Source of the DNA: a virus
Virus record (IMG/VR): IMGVR_UViG_3300028029_000001
Location: 1-64,000 of that record
Length of the DNA: 64,000 nucleotides
Reading direction: 5' to 3' (one strand)
A program made the translations under genes and the position numbers. Of the stretch, positions 1 through 9,384 are shown in pieces. The notes under the pieces were generated by a model that saw nothing but the letters and a program-made list of their open reading frames with translations, searched no databases and had not been told where the DNA came from. Positions within the stretch are counted from its first letter, which is position 1. Each line of letters opens with the position of its first letter.

Positions 1-903
1 ACCTCTTGATCCTAAAACTCCTTCAGTACTTCCATAAGCTCTCATAGTTTGAGGTAGTACTTGTGTTCTAAATTCTTCTCTTGATACATTTAAGCTTGTA
101 GGACCGTATCCGTTTGTAGTTCCTACATTCATTAAACCTTCTATTTTTTCCCCTTTTAAAGCAGCTATTTCTCTTAGTTGTAATTGTTGATCTTCTTTAG
201 CACCCCATACGGCTTGTGCTCCTTTGAACACTCCATAAGCTGCAGCTAAAACAGGAACTTTCCTTCCTAACATACCTAATGCACTACCTGCTGCTCCTCC
301 CGCAGATTGGTTTGAAACTATATCTCCAGCTCCACTAGCCATTGAACCAAGAGAAACACTTTCACTAGAACTACCGGTTCCATTACCTTGCATAAGAGCT
401 CTGCTCGATGCACTTTTGCTATTTTCTGCATTTGCTGATCTTGTTTCTAATCTTTCTGCATGAACTCTATCTGCATTAGATCTCCTATCATCTGCTCTAT
501 TTTCATCTCTACCTGAACTTTTGAATTCTTCAATTAATTCTCTAAGTAATTCAACCTGGAGTTGATCTTCTTTTGTGCCAGTTTGGATGTTTCTTGATTC
601 TTTTTTAAAATCTTGTTGAATCCCTCCTATTTTTTCTTTGTCACCTCCAGCATTATCTAACCTTGAATCTCTTCTTGTTCTAGATTGTAATTTTGCTGCT
701 GCTGATTCAACTCTATTTCTTTTTTCAATTAATCGAATTTGATCTTCATAATACTTAATAGCTTCTTTCGCATTACTAGTATTTGCACTAGCTTCATTAA
801 TTAAGTCTCTACCTAACCTATTTGCAGATTCTTTGATTCTAGAGATAGTACTTTCTACACCATTATCTCTTGCTGAAAAAATTATTTCTGTATTTTTACC
901 CAT
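1..903 (-). CDS. tail tape measure protein, N-terminal 301 codons (rest lies beyond window start)
   Basis: Hand-translated: ATG at 901-903, frame open to base 1 (MGKNTEIIFSARDNGVESTISRIKESANRLGRDLINEA...). Coiled-coil then Gly/Ala/Ser-rich. Missing from the ORF track only because there is no stop in the window. Follows the sheath-tube-chaperone genes. Confidence 0.6.
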   Translation of the reverse strand, partial: MGKNTEIIFSARDNGVESTISRIKESANRLGRDLINEASANTSNAKEAIKYYEDQIRLIEKRNRVESAAAKLQSRTRRDSRLDNAGGDKEKIGGIQQDFKKESRNIQTGTKEDQLQVELLRELIEEFKSSGRDENRADDRRSNADRVHAERLETRSANAENSKSASSRALMQGNGTGSSSESVSLGSMASGAGDIVSNQSAGGAAGSALGMLGRKVPVLAAAYGVFKGAQAVWGAKEDQQLQLREIAALKGEKIEGLMNVGTTNGYGPTSLNVSREEFRTQVLPQTMRAYGSTEGVLGSRG

Positions 904-904
904 T

Positions 905-1276
905 TTAGCCTCCGATTTTTATTGACCCATCTTCATTTTTCTCTATCCTAGATATATCTATTTCATCAAATAAGTCTTCCATATCTTTTTCCGACATTTT
1001 AACTTTCTTTAATTTCTTAAAAATAGACCCATGTCCAGGGATATATTTTTTTTCAGAATTAATACCATTCTTTGCTTTTTCAATCTCACTATCGAGATAT
1101 TCCCCATACAGAAAATCTTCTTCATATTCAATACGCATATCTAATAAAGATTGCTCTTTATGTAGTTTACTATTGAAAGGAATTTTATGTTTCCTTCTCC
1201 ACCAATAATCGATTGGGTATTTGTGATTCCAATCTTTTATGAAAGTTATTATATCCTTTGATATTTTATCTTCCAT
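905..1276 (-). CDS. tail assembly chaperone-like protein (second of pair)
   Basis: 123-aa ORF between the first chaperone-position ORF and the tape measure gene. Synteny only. In the same frame as the upstream ORF across a single TAA. Confidence 0.35.
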   Translation of the reverse strand: MEDKISKDIITFIKDWNHKYPIDYWWRRKHKIPFNSKLHKEQSLLDMRIEYEEDFLYGEYLDSEIEKAKNGINSEKKYIPGHGSIFKKLKKVKMSEKDMEDLFDEIDISRIEKNEDGSIKIGG

Positions 1277-1282
1277 ATGTTT

Positions 1283-1657
1283 TTATTTCTCCTCTTTTTT
1301 ACCTTCTTTGATTTTTCTTAATGCTGTTTGCCATTCATTTACCCAAGGGATAAAACTTTCTTCATAAGCTTTTTTAAGATCTTGTACATCAAAAATATCC
1401 AACTTAAATAAATCATCACTTTTTAAATCTTTAATTAAATCTGGAACTAATGTTGTCAAATAAGCATTCATGTCTACTAGATCTAAAGCATAATTACCAC
1501 CTATAGTATTGCTAGAAGCTATACCTCTATAATTACTTTCTGCATATATAGCTTTTAAATGCTCTATATGAACTAATTCTCCTACAGTAGGTATATTTAC
1601 TTTGTACTCTCTCTTTTCGCCTTGTACAGCTACTTTAAATATAAAATTTCTTTGCAT
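1283..1657 (-). CDS. tail assembly chaperone-like protein (first of pair)
   Basis: 124-aa ORF immediately after the tail tube gene. Position matches gpG-type chaperones. No motif evidence. Confidence 0.4.
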   Translation of the reverse strand: MQRNFIFKVAVQGEKREYKVNIPTVGELVHIEHLKAIYAESNYRGIASSNTIGGNYALDLVDMNAYLTTLVPDLIKDLKSDDLFKLDIFDVQDLKKAYEESFIPWVNEWQTALRKIKEGKKEEK

Positions 1658-1687
1658 TTTTACGGTGTTTATTTATTAATAATAAAA

Positions 1688-1718
1688 AAGGTGTATCCTT
1701 ATTAAAAAGATACACCTT
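1688..1718 (-). terminator. rho-independent terminator after tail tube gene
   Basis: Perfect 10-bp stem aaggtgtatc/gatacacctt, followed on the minus strand by TTTTTATT. Confidence 0.6.
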
Positions 1719-1739
1719 AAATATAAGTAAATTACTTAA

Positions 1740-2219
1740 TTAAACAGAATAAAGTATTGGGTTAATATAGGTAAAGTCTTGATCATGTCCTGAAATTTGA
1801 CCTTCATTAATATCCATCCCTTCTCTATCAATAAAACAACCTGTTACTGTTGCATGTACTTCTAATTGAGAAGTTATTAAACCTGTAGCTGGATTAATTC
1901 CATTACTCACTTTTTTATAAATCTTCAAATCTACACCATCTTCTTGAAGTAATACATTATCTACAAAATCAAGTAATCCTGGTGCGGCTCTTTTAATCCC
2001 TCCAGGAACTCCTGTATCTTTGAATGTTACTTCATAAAATTGACAAGTTAATGTACCATTCCATTCTAAAGCAGGAACTTCTTGAGGAGTTAATTCTCCA
2101 ATACCTGAAACTCTACCTCTACGGAAAGTTTCAGTGATTCTAATATTTCTCATTTTCCCTACTGTTACTCCGTTAACTTCAATTAACGCTAAGGGTGCTG
2201 TTAAAACTTTTTGTTGCAT
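1740..2219 (-). CDS. tail tube protein
   Basis: 159 aa, directly downstream of the sheath gene. Size and N-terminus (MQQKVLTAPLALIEVNGVTVGKMRNIRITE) are typical of contractile-tail tube proteins. Confidence 0.65.
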   Translation of the reverse strand: MQQKVLTAPLALIEVNGVTVGKMRNIRITETFRRGRVSGIGELTPQEVPALEWNGTLTCQFYEVTFKDTGVPGGIKRAAPGLLDFVDNVLLQEDGVDLKIYKKVSNGINPATGLITSQLEVHATVTGCFIDREGMDINEGQISGHDQDFTYINPILYSV

Positions 2220-2231
2220 CTTTTAAATTTT

Positions 2232-4202
2232 TTAAATATTTGGGTCTATAATTAATCCTGTAAAGAATAATTTATTAATTTCAAAATTAGGAATAAATGA
2301 ATATTCAATAGCATAAGCATCTTGAATTATACTCACTTTTATATCCTGAAACCCAATAATTAAGTTATCAGTCGTTGCTCTCGCAGTTCTTCTTTGTAAG
2401 AAAGCTTTTAACCACTCTTCAACCATTACAGGTCTCAAAGTATGTCTATTAGGTCCAGAATTTTGATTTCCTAATAAATCAATCTTAGCATTTACTTCAA
2501 TTTCTTTATTTAACTGAGCCGCAATTCTTTTTAATTGTAGTGAGTGAGATGTTCCGTCTGCATTCAATACATTTCTATTTCTTTGTAATGTATTAATCCC
2601 TTGAACTACAATAAATGCTCCTAAATCTCCATCAAAAGCTGTTACTAAAACTCCATTATCTAAAGCTTGTTCTTTTTCTCTTTTGATTAGTGGGTGGGTT
2701 TCTGCAGCAAAATTAATCCCTTTGAAAGTTACTGGGGTATATGGTTCTAAACCGGCTACCCTACCTAAAACTGCAGCCATTTTCCATTCTGAAGATTTAG
2801 TTCTTAATCCGGTTCCTGCTACATTAGATGCAACTTCCACGCCACCGTGAACAACTATTACCCTATCTGTATCATAAGCTTTTGCTGCAGCAATAGATTC
2901 TGATACAAAAGTATTTTTATCATTACCTCCAGCAACTACCATAAATTTTTCAAATCTTGCGTCATCTACTAAATGAGACAATATAGCATTGTTGGTTGAA
3001 GAACTGTGTTGAGCTCCTGAATCTGGTGCCATTACAAAAGTGTAATCTAATTCTGCAATTGTATCTAATAATTGTGTTAAGTCTGACGGTGAAAAAGTTT
3101 GTGATCCTCCTTGGAATATACTTAAATCTACATAATTACTAATTGCTGTTGGGGTTATAACCCCTGTCCCTTGAATTACTGCTGTAGTGAGCTTAAAATT
3201 ATTATTAAAATCAAAATCAATATCCATCCAATCTTTTAATTCTTGGAAAGTGTTAAATTCTACAGAAGTTGATATTAACTCTGCTATTGAATTTGCAGCA
3301 TTCACCCCATCATAAGCTATATTATCAATTGCATCACCTGTAAAATTACCTCTATAAAATTTCATAAGAAATTTTGAAGGGTTAGAAGGTGATGATATTA
3401 TCTTATAACCAAGTCCTTGACTTAAATTATTTCCATTAACTCCATTTGCAATAGCATTAGTTGTAGAGGTTCCTGCCCATGTACCTGCCAATACTACAGT
3501 ATTACCATTTTGAGCATCTCCATAACCATTAACTCTAGTTAATATTATCTTTTCAGGAATTAAAGGATCTATTGAAGATATCCATTCATGAGTATTTGTA
3601 CCTAAATTAATATTAGTAACTAATGCAGTTGCAATATTAGCTAAGGTATCTCCTGGTGCTTGGTTATATGTACCGATAGATATTGCATTTAATAATAAAT
3701 CAAGGGTTTGTCCATTTGCTCCTAAAGCAGTTAATGTAACATCTCCTGTTCCGGGAGTTTCATCCGAGATTTTCCCATTTCCTACTAAACCTTCATGTTT
3801 TGCTTCTAAAGAAAACACACCCCCATTTCCTGTATCTACTAAACTTAATATATTTTTTGCAGTGACAGTTGATAGAGCTCTTATGTAGTGTACTTGAGAA
3901 GCACCGTTAATACCAGCACCAAAAGGTCTAAATAATGGTCCTGATAGGTCCCAATATTTACCCCCTCTAATAAAAGATCTAAAAGATCTAACATTATCAA
4001 ATGTATATATTGATTTTTTTTCTTGAGATAATGTACCGTTAATACCGGCACCACCACCAAATTCTGAATTTGGATTGGTATCAATAATTAATACGTTCCC
4101 AAAAGATAGTCCTAGTGAAGGGTTTGTTATCCCTGATTTAGTCTGAGTATAAACTCCAGGAAGCTTAATTAACTGACCATTGAAATTAAATTGTGTAGCC
4201 AT
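2232..4202 (-). CDS. contractile tail sheath protein
   Basis: 656 aa. N-terminal ...LPGVYTQT... and overall layout resemble phage sheath proteins. Immediately followed by the tube gene. Confidence 0.8.
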   Translation of the reverse strand: MATQFNFNGQLIKLPGVYTQTKSGITNPSLGLSFGNVLIIDTNPNSEFGGGAGINGTLSQEKKSIYTFDNVRSFRSFIRGGKYWDLSGPLFRPFGAGINGASQVHYIRALSTVTAKNILSLVDTGNGGVFSLEAKHEGLVGNGKISDETPGTGDVTLTALGANGQTLDLLLNAISIGTYNQAPGDTLANIATALVTNINLGTNTHEWISSIDPLIPEKIILTRVNGYGDAQNGNTVVLAGTWAGTSTTNAIANGVNGNNLSQGLGYKIISSPSNPSKFLMKFYRGNFTGDAIDNIAYDGVNAANSIAELISTSVEFNTFQELKDWMDIDFDFNNNFKLTTAVIQGTGVITPTAISNYVDLSIFQGGSQTFSPSDLTQLLDTIAELDYTFVMAPDSGAQHSSSTNNAILSHLVDDARFEKFMVVAGGNDKNTFVSESIAAAKAYDTDRVIVVHGGVEVASNVAGTGLRTKSSEWKMAAVLGRVAGLEPYTPVTFKGINFAAETHPLIKREKEQALDNGVLVTAFDGDLGAFIVVQGINTLQRNRNVLNADGTSHSLQLKRIAAQLNKEIEVNAKIDLLGNQNSGPNRHTLRPVMVEEWLKAFLQRRTARATTDNLIIGFQDIKVSIIQDAYAIEYSFIPNFEINKLFFTGLIIDPNI

Positions 4203-4261
4203 TGGTTTTCAATTTATTTTTACAAATTCGTTTTCCGTTCCTTTTCCTAAATACAATCTTT

Positions 4262-4295
4262 GACCTAAATATAATGATATTTTCTATTATATCTC
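4262..4295 (-). promoter_or_regulatory. promoter candidate upstream of sheath gene (degenerate member of repeated motif family)
   Basis: Minus strand reads GAGATATAATAGAAAATATCATTATATTTAGGTC about 55 nt upstream of the sheath ATG. It shares AATAGAAA...TATATTTAGGTC with the repeated motif. Confidence 0.45.
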
Positions 4296-4300
4296 TGACC

Positions 4301-4549
4301 TTATGATATTTTTTGTTTTTCAAATTCTTTTTCCCAGTTTAACACTGTTCTTTTATCTGAATTCTTATATTGTTTTTTTACAAACCTTTCATACAAGGGG
4401 TGTATTCCTTTTTTTACATAAAATTGCATTGCTGTAATTAATATGTCTTCAACCTTCTTTGAACTTTTCTTTAAAACCTCTTTTTTTAATACTTCAGGTT
4501 TTTTTGTAGTTTTATTGACTTTCTTGTCATCGTTTACTGTTTTTGCCAT
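4301..4549 (-). CDS. hypothetical Lys-rich small protein
   Basis: 82-aa ORF in an operon-like array. No recognisable motif. Confidence 0.5.
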   Translation of the reverse strand: MAKTVNDDKKVNKTTKKPEVLKKEVLKKSSKKVEDILITAMQFYVKKGIHPLYERFVKKQYKNSDKRTVLNWEKEFEKQKIS

Positions 4550-4560
4550 TTTATTTTATT

Positions 4561-5238
4561 TTACTGATTGGTTACTGTTCCAGGGTTTAATATTAATTGA
4601 GTTATTAAAGGTAAGGGAAATGCTGATGGAACCCTTATATCATAAGAACTCATTATCCCTATACCTCTCATAAATATATGGTTTGGTACATTAGTTTCAT
4701 TAATTTTTAACTCTTGTCCTGATATTTTCATATTCTGTAAACCAGAATGTTCTAATACATGCCATGAACTAATTATCATAGCTCTTAATGTATGATACAT
4801 TAATAATACTTCTCTATTATTTTCTGAAGTACATATTATATAAAATTGAGAATCAAATCTTCTTGCTAAAGTTGGTGTTATCTCTCCAGCATTAGCGTCT
4901 ACAAAAATTTCTGATGCTAATCCAGATTGATCTACTCCTATAGAATTATCTCCCGTTAAATCAGAAGGCATTGTTATATGCATTGTTGGTAAACTAGCAC
5001 GTTCCATGTCATAAAACAATCTGCATGCAACTTTTCTAGGATTGTCTATATCTCGAGATGCAAATAAATGAACAGCTTCTTTATAATAGTCATATTTTGT
5101 ATCAATTACACCATTCCAAAACCTATACAAATGGGTTTTTGTTTTATCTTGAGTATTATTCCAGTTTTTATCTAACTCATTTAATAACCCGTTTATCAGA
5201 TTATATAATGTTACTTCTGGTACGATTAATGATTCCAT
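4561..5238 (-). CDS. hypothetical structural-module protein (neck/tail-completion position)
   Basis: 225-aa ORF between the head genes and the sheath. Position only. Confidence 0.55.
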   Translation of the reverse strand: MESLIVPEVTLYNLINGLLNELDKNWNNTQDKTKTHLYRFWNGVIDTKYDYYKEAVHLFASRDIDNPRKVACRLFYDMERASLPTMHITMPSDLTGDNSIGVDQSGLASEIFVDANAGEITPTLARRFDSQFYIICTSENNREVLLMYHTLRAMIISSWHVLEHSGLQNMKISGQELKINETNVPNHIFMRGIGIMSSYDIRVPSAFPLPLITQLILNPGTVTNQ

Positions 5239-5240
5239 AA

Positions 5241-5996
5241 TTAATATCCTATATTTTCTAAAAATTGATCGATTGCATCTCCTACAATACCTTCAATATC
5301 AAGTTTTGGTAAAGCTTTTTGTGCAAAATTCCTTGCTTCAAACCCAGGGTGATTCCATGAGTGTTTTACTGAATTTAAAGAAACTCTTCTAAAATTAACA
5401 AAACCTCCTTTTGTTTTTTTCAACCCTTGATATATACTTGTTTTTTGATTACTCTCCATTTTTTTAAAAGTAACCGAATCCATTTTTTTTCTTAATGATG
5501 CAGACTTTGGTATTTGGTGCTTGGATGATATGTTTTTTAGTTGTAATCCATTTCTTCCTGATGCCCTTGCAGATCTTTCTATTTCAGGAGGTAATATTCC
5601 TGAGAAAGCTGATGATTCTCCAACAGACCCTGATGAAGCGAATCTAAAAGGTATTGTTAAAAAAGGTTCCCCTTTCTTATTCAATTTTACTTTTGGTGAT
5701 TTTAAAAATCCTTGTTTCATATCAAAAGCAGATAGCCCCACTTCTAAAGCGTTTGGTAACCATGCTGCAGGGTTTAGATAGGCCACTCCTGTAAATCTCC
5801 CCCTACTACCTATTAAAATAGCATCTTGGTATTCTTTTCTTGTAGCTTTCAAACTTTTTTTTGCTTCCATTCCCCAAGAATAGGCAAATTCTGCTGTTAA
5901 TTGTTCTATTGTATATTGCATAAGATTATCAATTTCAGATTTTACTAAACCTAAATCATTTGATAATCCTTGTGTATCAATATCAATATCAATCAT
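5241..5996 (-). CDS. hypothetical structural-module protein
   Basis: 251-aa ORF, tightly coupled to its neighbours. Confidence 0.55.
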   Translation of the reverse strand: MIDIDIDTQGLSNDLGLVKSEIDNLMQYTIEQLTAEFAYSWGMEAKKSLKATRKEYQDAILIGSRGRFTGVAYLNPAAWLPNALEVGLSAFDMKQGFLKSPKVKLNKKGEPFLTIPFRFASSGSVGESSAFSGILPPEIERSARASGRNGLQLKNISSKHQIPKSASLRKKMDSVTFKKMESNQKTSIYQGLKKTKGGFVNFRRVSLNSVKHSWNHPGFEARNFAQKALPKLDIEGIVGDAIDQFLENIGY

Positions 5997-5999
5997 CTT

Positions 6000-6275
6000 C
6001 TATACTAAAAATTGACTATCTAATGCATCAACAACTTGTTGAACAATATCATTCCCTCCATTCTCAAAATCCATTGATATTGCTTGTATGTTTTTTAGCA
6101 TAAAGCCGTAACTAAAATTAATATCTTTCAAAATAATATCTACTGAATAAGTTTTATTAATAAAATCTAGTGGCTCTTTTACTTTTGGGTTCCCTTGAGA
6201 TAAACCTACTATTTCTATTGTTGGATTAGTAATCTCTAGACTACTGTTAACATCCGGTATTATATATTTTTTCAT
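6000..6275 (-). CDS. hypothetical structural-module protein
   Basis: 91-aa ORF, 3-nt gap to its neighbours. Confidence 0.5.
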   Translation of the reverse strand: MKKYIIPDVNSSLEITNPTIEIVGLSQGNPKVKEPLDFINKTYSVDIILKDINFSYGFMLKNIQAISMDFENGGNDIVQQVVDALDSQFLV

Positions 6276-6280
6276 AATTT

Positions 6281-7945
6281 CTAAATAAAATGATATCTAC
6301 AAAAGTTTGCTACTCCACCTAAACCTGCTCTTGATGATGCTATTCTATAATTTACTCTATTATAAATCATATTGTGAGATGTGGGAGTATTCATATATGG
6401 AGTTGAAGTCCATCTATTTAATAACATATTAAAATAAGGGTTATTTACTGTAACTGCTCCTATAAGATTGCTATTTATGATAGAATTTACTTCATTGTAG
6501 CTTGGTACCTTCCATCTATTACTAAATCCTAAAAAGCCATTATTATTGAAGTTCACAGTATCTAAATAAGCATTATTAAAATTCTTTTGTCCACCTCTAC
6601 TTCCATGCCATCCTATACCTGTAAGATTATCAACTATATATCCACCACTACCTACTAATGGTCCAAACTCTGCTGCAAATGTTGTTACAGTTCCATTTAC
6701 ATCTTTCCATTGCGATGTATTAAAATCATAATAACCGCCATTCTTAGATGTAAATCTACTATAATTACCAAATGGGTTTAATGTTAGTAGCTTGAACCAG
6801 TCACTGGGGTCTTGAATAGCCATTTCCATAGTAGCTGGGTTGAAGCTGTATGGGTCTGTATTATTTATTTTATGCCACCCATCATCACCATTAGCATAAG
6901 TTATTGTTGCAAAATTTACAGGCCTTAAATACCCTATGACTTTGGGTGTCGGTGACACGACTATCCATTCATTATTTATTAAATTACCAACTAATGCCCC
7001 TGAAGTATTTTTTACAAGAATATTTTCTGAAGATCCGCTAGGAGCATTCTTATAAAGTGTATTATTTATATTGATTTCTACATCTTTACATTTTGCAGGT
7101 ACTAAAACTTCATTAGAACAACTATCTATTAATACGTTTGCTTTTTTTACACAGGTAATATCATAACTGTTATCTAACAGAAATTCGTTATCAAAATCTT
7201 GTTCATCTAATACATAATGAGACCGCCTTCCGATTGCATGGATTGGCATTCTTGTAGATTCATTAGATCCATTATTTTTATTAAGAGCTTCTGTTTCCAT
7301 AACTCCTCTAGGTAGGTCTATTATATAATATGTTGGGTGGTGTTTATATCTTATAGATACTGTAAAATGTTCCCATGCTAGAAATTCATCAGAAAAAGTA
7401 AATATATTGTCTGCAACTGTATAATCTGTTCCGTACTCTAACCTTTTTAATTTAGTTTCACTATCTACAAATGCTGAAATTTCTTCAATCTCTAAAGGTG
7501 GATAATTTAATCGAGCTTTTACTTTATTATCTATTTGAAATGGGTGTAATGTCTCTGTATGAATAGTTAACCCTTCTAACAAAGTTATTCTATCCATATA
7601 AGCAAGTTCATCTTCATTCCTTGCTGTAATTTTTACTGTTCCTAATCTCTCTTCACTCCATTCCTTATATCTTGTATCAATATTCATTGATTGCAAGATT
7701 AGTTTGCTTTTATATCTGTTTAGGAAAACGTATCCTGAACCGCCACAATTTTTACAAGAAGATAATGCATGATTATTACTTTTTACTTTACAAGGACATT
7801 TAATTGCTTTATCAATAAATACATTATATCCTTGACTCCAAATTGCTGCGTCAAAATCATTTTTTTTAAGACTAACTTTTGCTTGCCCTGCCTGATTAGG
7901 TGGGGTTCTATGGATTATGGGTTTTGAATTAGAATTTGTTGACAT
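6281..7945 (-). CDS. structural-module protein with N-terminal Cys cluster and C-terminal DUF1566/Lcl-like region (possible fiber/adhesin)
   Basis: 554 aa. Has CPCKVKSNNHALSSCKNCGGSG near the N-terminus. The C-terminal ...RWKVPSYNEVNSII...RWTSTPY... resembles the DUF1566 WRLPT..EL pattern. Weak call. Confidence 0.4.
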   Translation of the reverse strand: MSTNSNSKPIIHRTPPNQAGQAKVSLKKNDFDAAIWSQGYNVFIDKAIKCPCKVKSNNHALSSCKNCGGSGYVFLNRYKSKLILQSMNIDTRYKEWSEERLGTVKITARNEDELAYMDRITLLEGLTIHTETLHPFQIDNKVKARLNYPPLEIEEISAFVDSETKLKRLEYGTDYTVADNIFTFSDEFLAWEHFTVSIRYKHHPTYYIIDLPRGVMETEALNKNNGSNESTRMPIHAIGRRSHYVLDEQDFDNEFLLDNSYDITCVKKANVLIDSCSNEVLVPAKCKDVEININNTLYKNAPSGSSENILVKNTSGALVGNLINNEWIVVSPTPKVIGYLRPVNFATITYANGDDGWHKINNTDPYSFNPATMEMAIQDPSDWFKLLTLNPFGNYSRFTSKNGGYYDFNTSQWKDVNGTVTTFAAEFGPLVGSGGYIVDNLTGIGWHGSRGGQKNFNNAYLDTVNFNNNGFLGFSNRWKVPSYNEVNSIINSNLIGAVTVNNPYFNMLLNRWTSTPYMNTPTSHNMIYNRVNYRIASSRAGLGGVANFCRYHFI

Positions 7946-7951
7946 AATTAA

Positions 7952-8737
7952 TTACATAGATAGCATTTCCCAAGCATCATATTTTTCTTTTAATTTAGGG
8001 AGTGCAAGTTTTAAATCATTTAGGTATCCGGTTATTCTAGCTCCATATCCCGCATTTGTTGCTGAAGATGTCGTGGCTATGGATTGACTTAATCCATCAA
8101 TTCCAATACTTTGAGATGCTATACCTGCACCTAATATTATATCACCTAATTGATGATAAACATTAATAGATGCTAATTTTCCTATTACGTCTAAAATATC
8201 TTCTGGTATTCTATCTAATGATGTGCAATATATTGCAGTCCAATAATTTGGTATAGATCTTTGACCCCACCATCCTACGTTTGGTGTAATTCCTGAATAT
8301 ACAGTTGATTGATTATTCGCAGACCCAGATGTTGGTACTAATTTTATATCTCTAGAAAATCCTATTCCATCATTTGTTCTTTTCACGCTTAACCAGTCTG
8401 ATGGAAATTTTACTTGTTCTATTTCTCCTAATAAACCAATTAATTCAAAAGGTTTTCTACAGGGATAAGATACTGGCATGAAACCCCAATATTTATAATC
8501 ATCTCTATAATAATCAAAACTTTCTTCAATTATCTGTTTAGTTAATTTTAAATTAAGAAATCCTTCTAATTCTTCTTTTGCAGCTTTGATAAAAAATTCA
8601 ATATCTTTTGACTGCATTAAAGTACCACTTTGATCTTGAATTGGTATGCCAAAGAAATAGCGACTAGCCAATTCTGTTGCTGAAATTGGTAGTCCACTAT
8701 TTTTCTCTGATTTTATAGAATAAACTATAGTAGGCAT
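7952..8737 (-). CDS. hypothetical structural-module protein
   Basis: 261-aa ORF downstream of the capsid genes. Confidence 0.55.
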   Translation of the reverse strand: MPTIVYSIKSEKNSGLPISATELASRYFFGIPIQDQSGTLMQSKDIEFFIKAAKEELEGFLNLKLTKQIIEESFDYYRDDYKYWGFMPVSYPCRKPFELIGLLGEIEQVKFPSDWLSVKRTNDGIGFSRDIKLVPTSGSANNQSTVYSGITPNVGWWGQRSIPNYWTAIYCTSLDRIPEDILDVIGKLASINVYHQLGDIILGAGIASQSIGIDGLSQSIATTSSATNAGYGARITGYLNDLKLALPKLKEKYDAWEMLSM

Positions 8738-8738
8738 A

Positions 8739-9287
8739 TTACTCTGCTATTTTATTATCAACAACGAATTTTATTAAAGATTCTTTGTTTAAATTAGAAT
8801 ATTCTATGCTAGGTATATTAGATGCCTTACATAATTCTTTTAAATCTGCTTTTGTAAGCTTATTTAAAGGATTCTCTGGAGCTTCTTCTATTTTAGTATC
8901 TTCTACTATAGGATCTTCTTTTTTATCCTCTACAATCTCATCTTTTTTAATAGCTTCCTCTACTACTGGAGTTTTTTTTGTTTTATCAATATCTTCTAAA
9001 CCTTTAATAGGTTCTAAATCAGATAATCCAGGTATTGAACCAGTTTCTAAAACCTTTTCCTCTACTACTGGAGTTTTTAATTCTTTAACTTTTTCAACTT
9101 CTTTGATTTCTTCAAATTTAACTTCTTCATCTGAAAAATGCAATCCTGACATTCCTCTTAATTTATCTGCAATTTCTAAAGAAACTTCAGCTTCACCATT
9201 TTTGTCAAACTCGATTGTGCCTGCTGAGCAAGTAAAATCACCAGGTCTACATCCTGGCATGTTAGTCATAACTTTTACTGTTTTCAT
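8739..9287 (-). CDS. acidic protein with C-terminal SAP/Rho-N-like motif
   Basis: 182 aa with a repeated KTPVVEE. The C-terminal LTKADLKELCKASNIPSIEYSNLNKESLIKF resembles helix-extended-helix (SAP/Rho-N) motifs. Confidence 0.45.
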   Translation of the reverse strand: MKTVKVMTNMPGCRPGDFTCSAGTIEFDKNGEAEVSLEIADKLRGMSGLHFSDEEVKFEEIKEVEKVKELKTPVVEEKVLETGSIPGLSDLEPIKGLEDIDKTKKTPVVEEAIKKDEIVEDKKEDPIVEDTKIEEAPENPLNKLTKADLKELCKASNIPSIEYSNLNKESLIKFVVDNKIAE

Positions 9288-9333
9288 AATTAAAATTTTA
9301 TATTGGATATAAATATACTTATTATTTACAAAA

Positions 9334-9361
9334 AAAGCCTTCTTTTATTAAAGAAGGCTTT
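9334..9361 (-). terminator. strong rho-independent terminator after major capsid gene
   Basis: Perfect 12-bp stem aaagccttcttt/aaagaaggcttt, 4-nt loop, followed on the minus strand by a T7 run. Confidence 0.75.
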
Positions 9362-9384
9362 CATTTATTTTTGGTAACTTAGTT

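Noticed and set aside
3881-4084. 67-aa minus-strand ORF inside the sheath gene. The same applies to 11411..11599 inside the scaffold gene, 27425..27622 and 53746..53970.
   Set aside because: These are out-of-frame ORFs fully embedded in longer, better-supported genes, and their translations are low-complexity. They are shadow ORFs.
8785-9312. Plus-strand ORFs of 60-175 aa: 4443..4673, 5521..5781, 8785..9312, 13116..13436, 22307..22717, 33852..34220, 38941..39369, 40676..41074, 42906..43247, 54066..54362, 58599..58958, 59878..60153 and others.
   Set aside because: All are antisense to strong minus-strand genes. Their translations are Ser/Phe/Leu/Ile-rich, typical of the reverse strand of AT-rich, Lys/Glu-rich genes. 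None has its own promoter-like motif or intergenic space.
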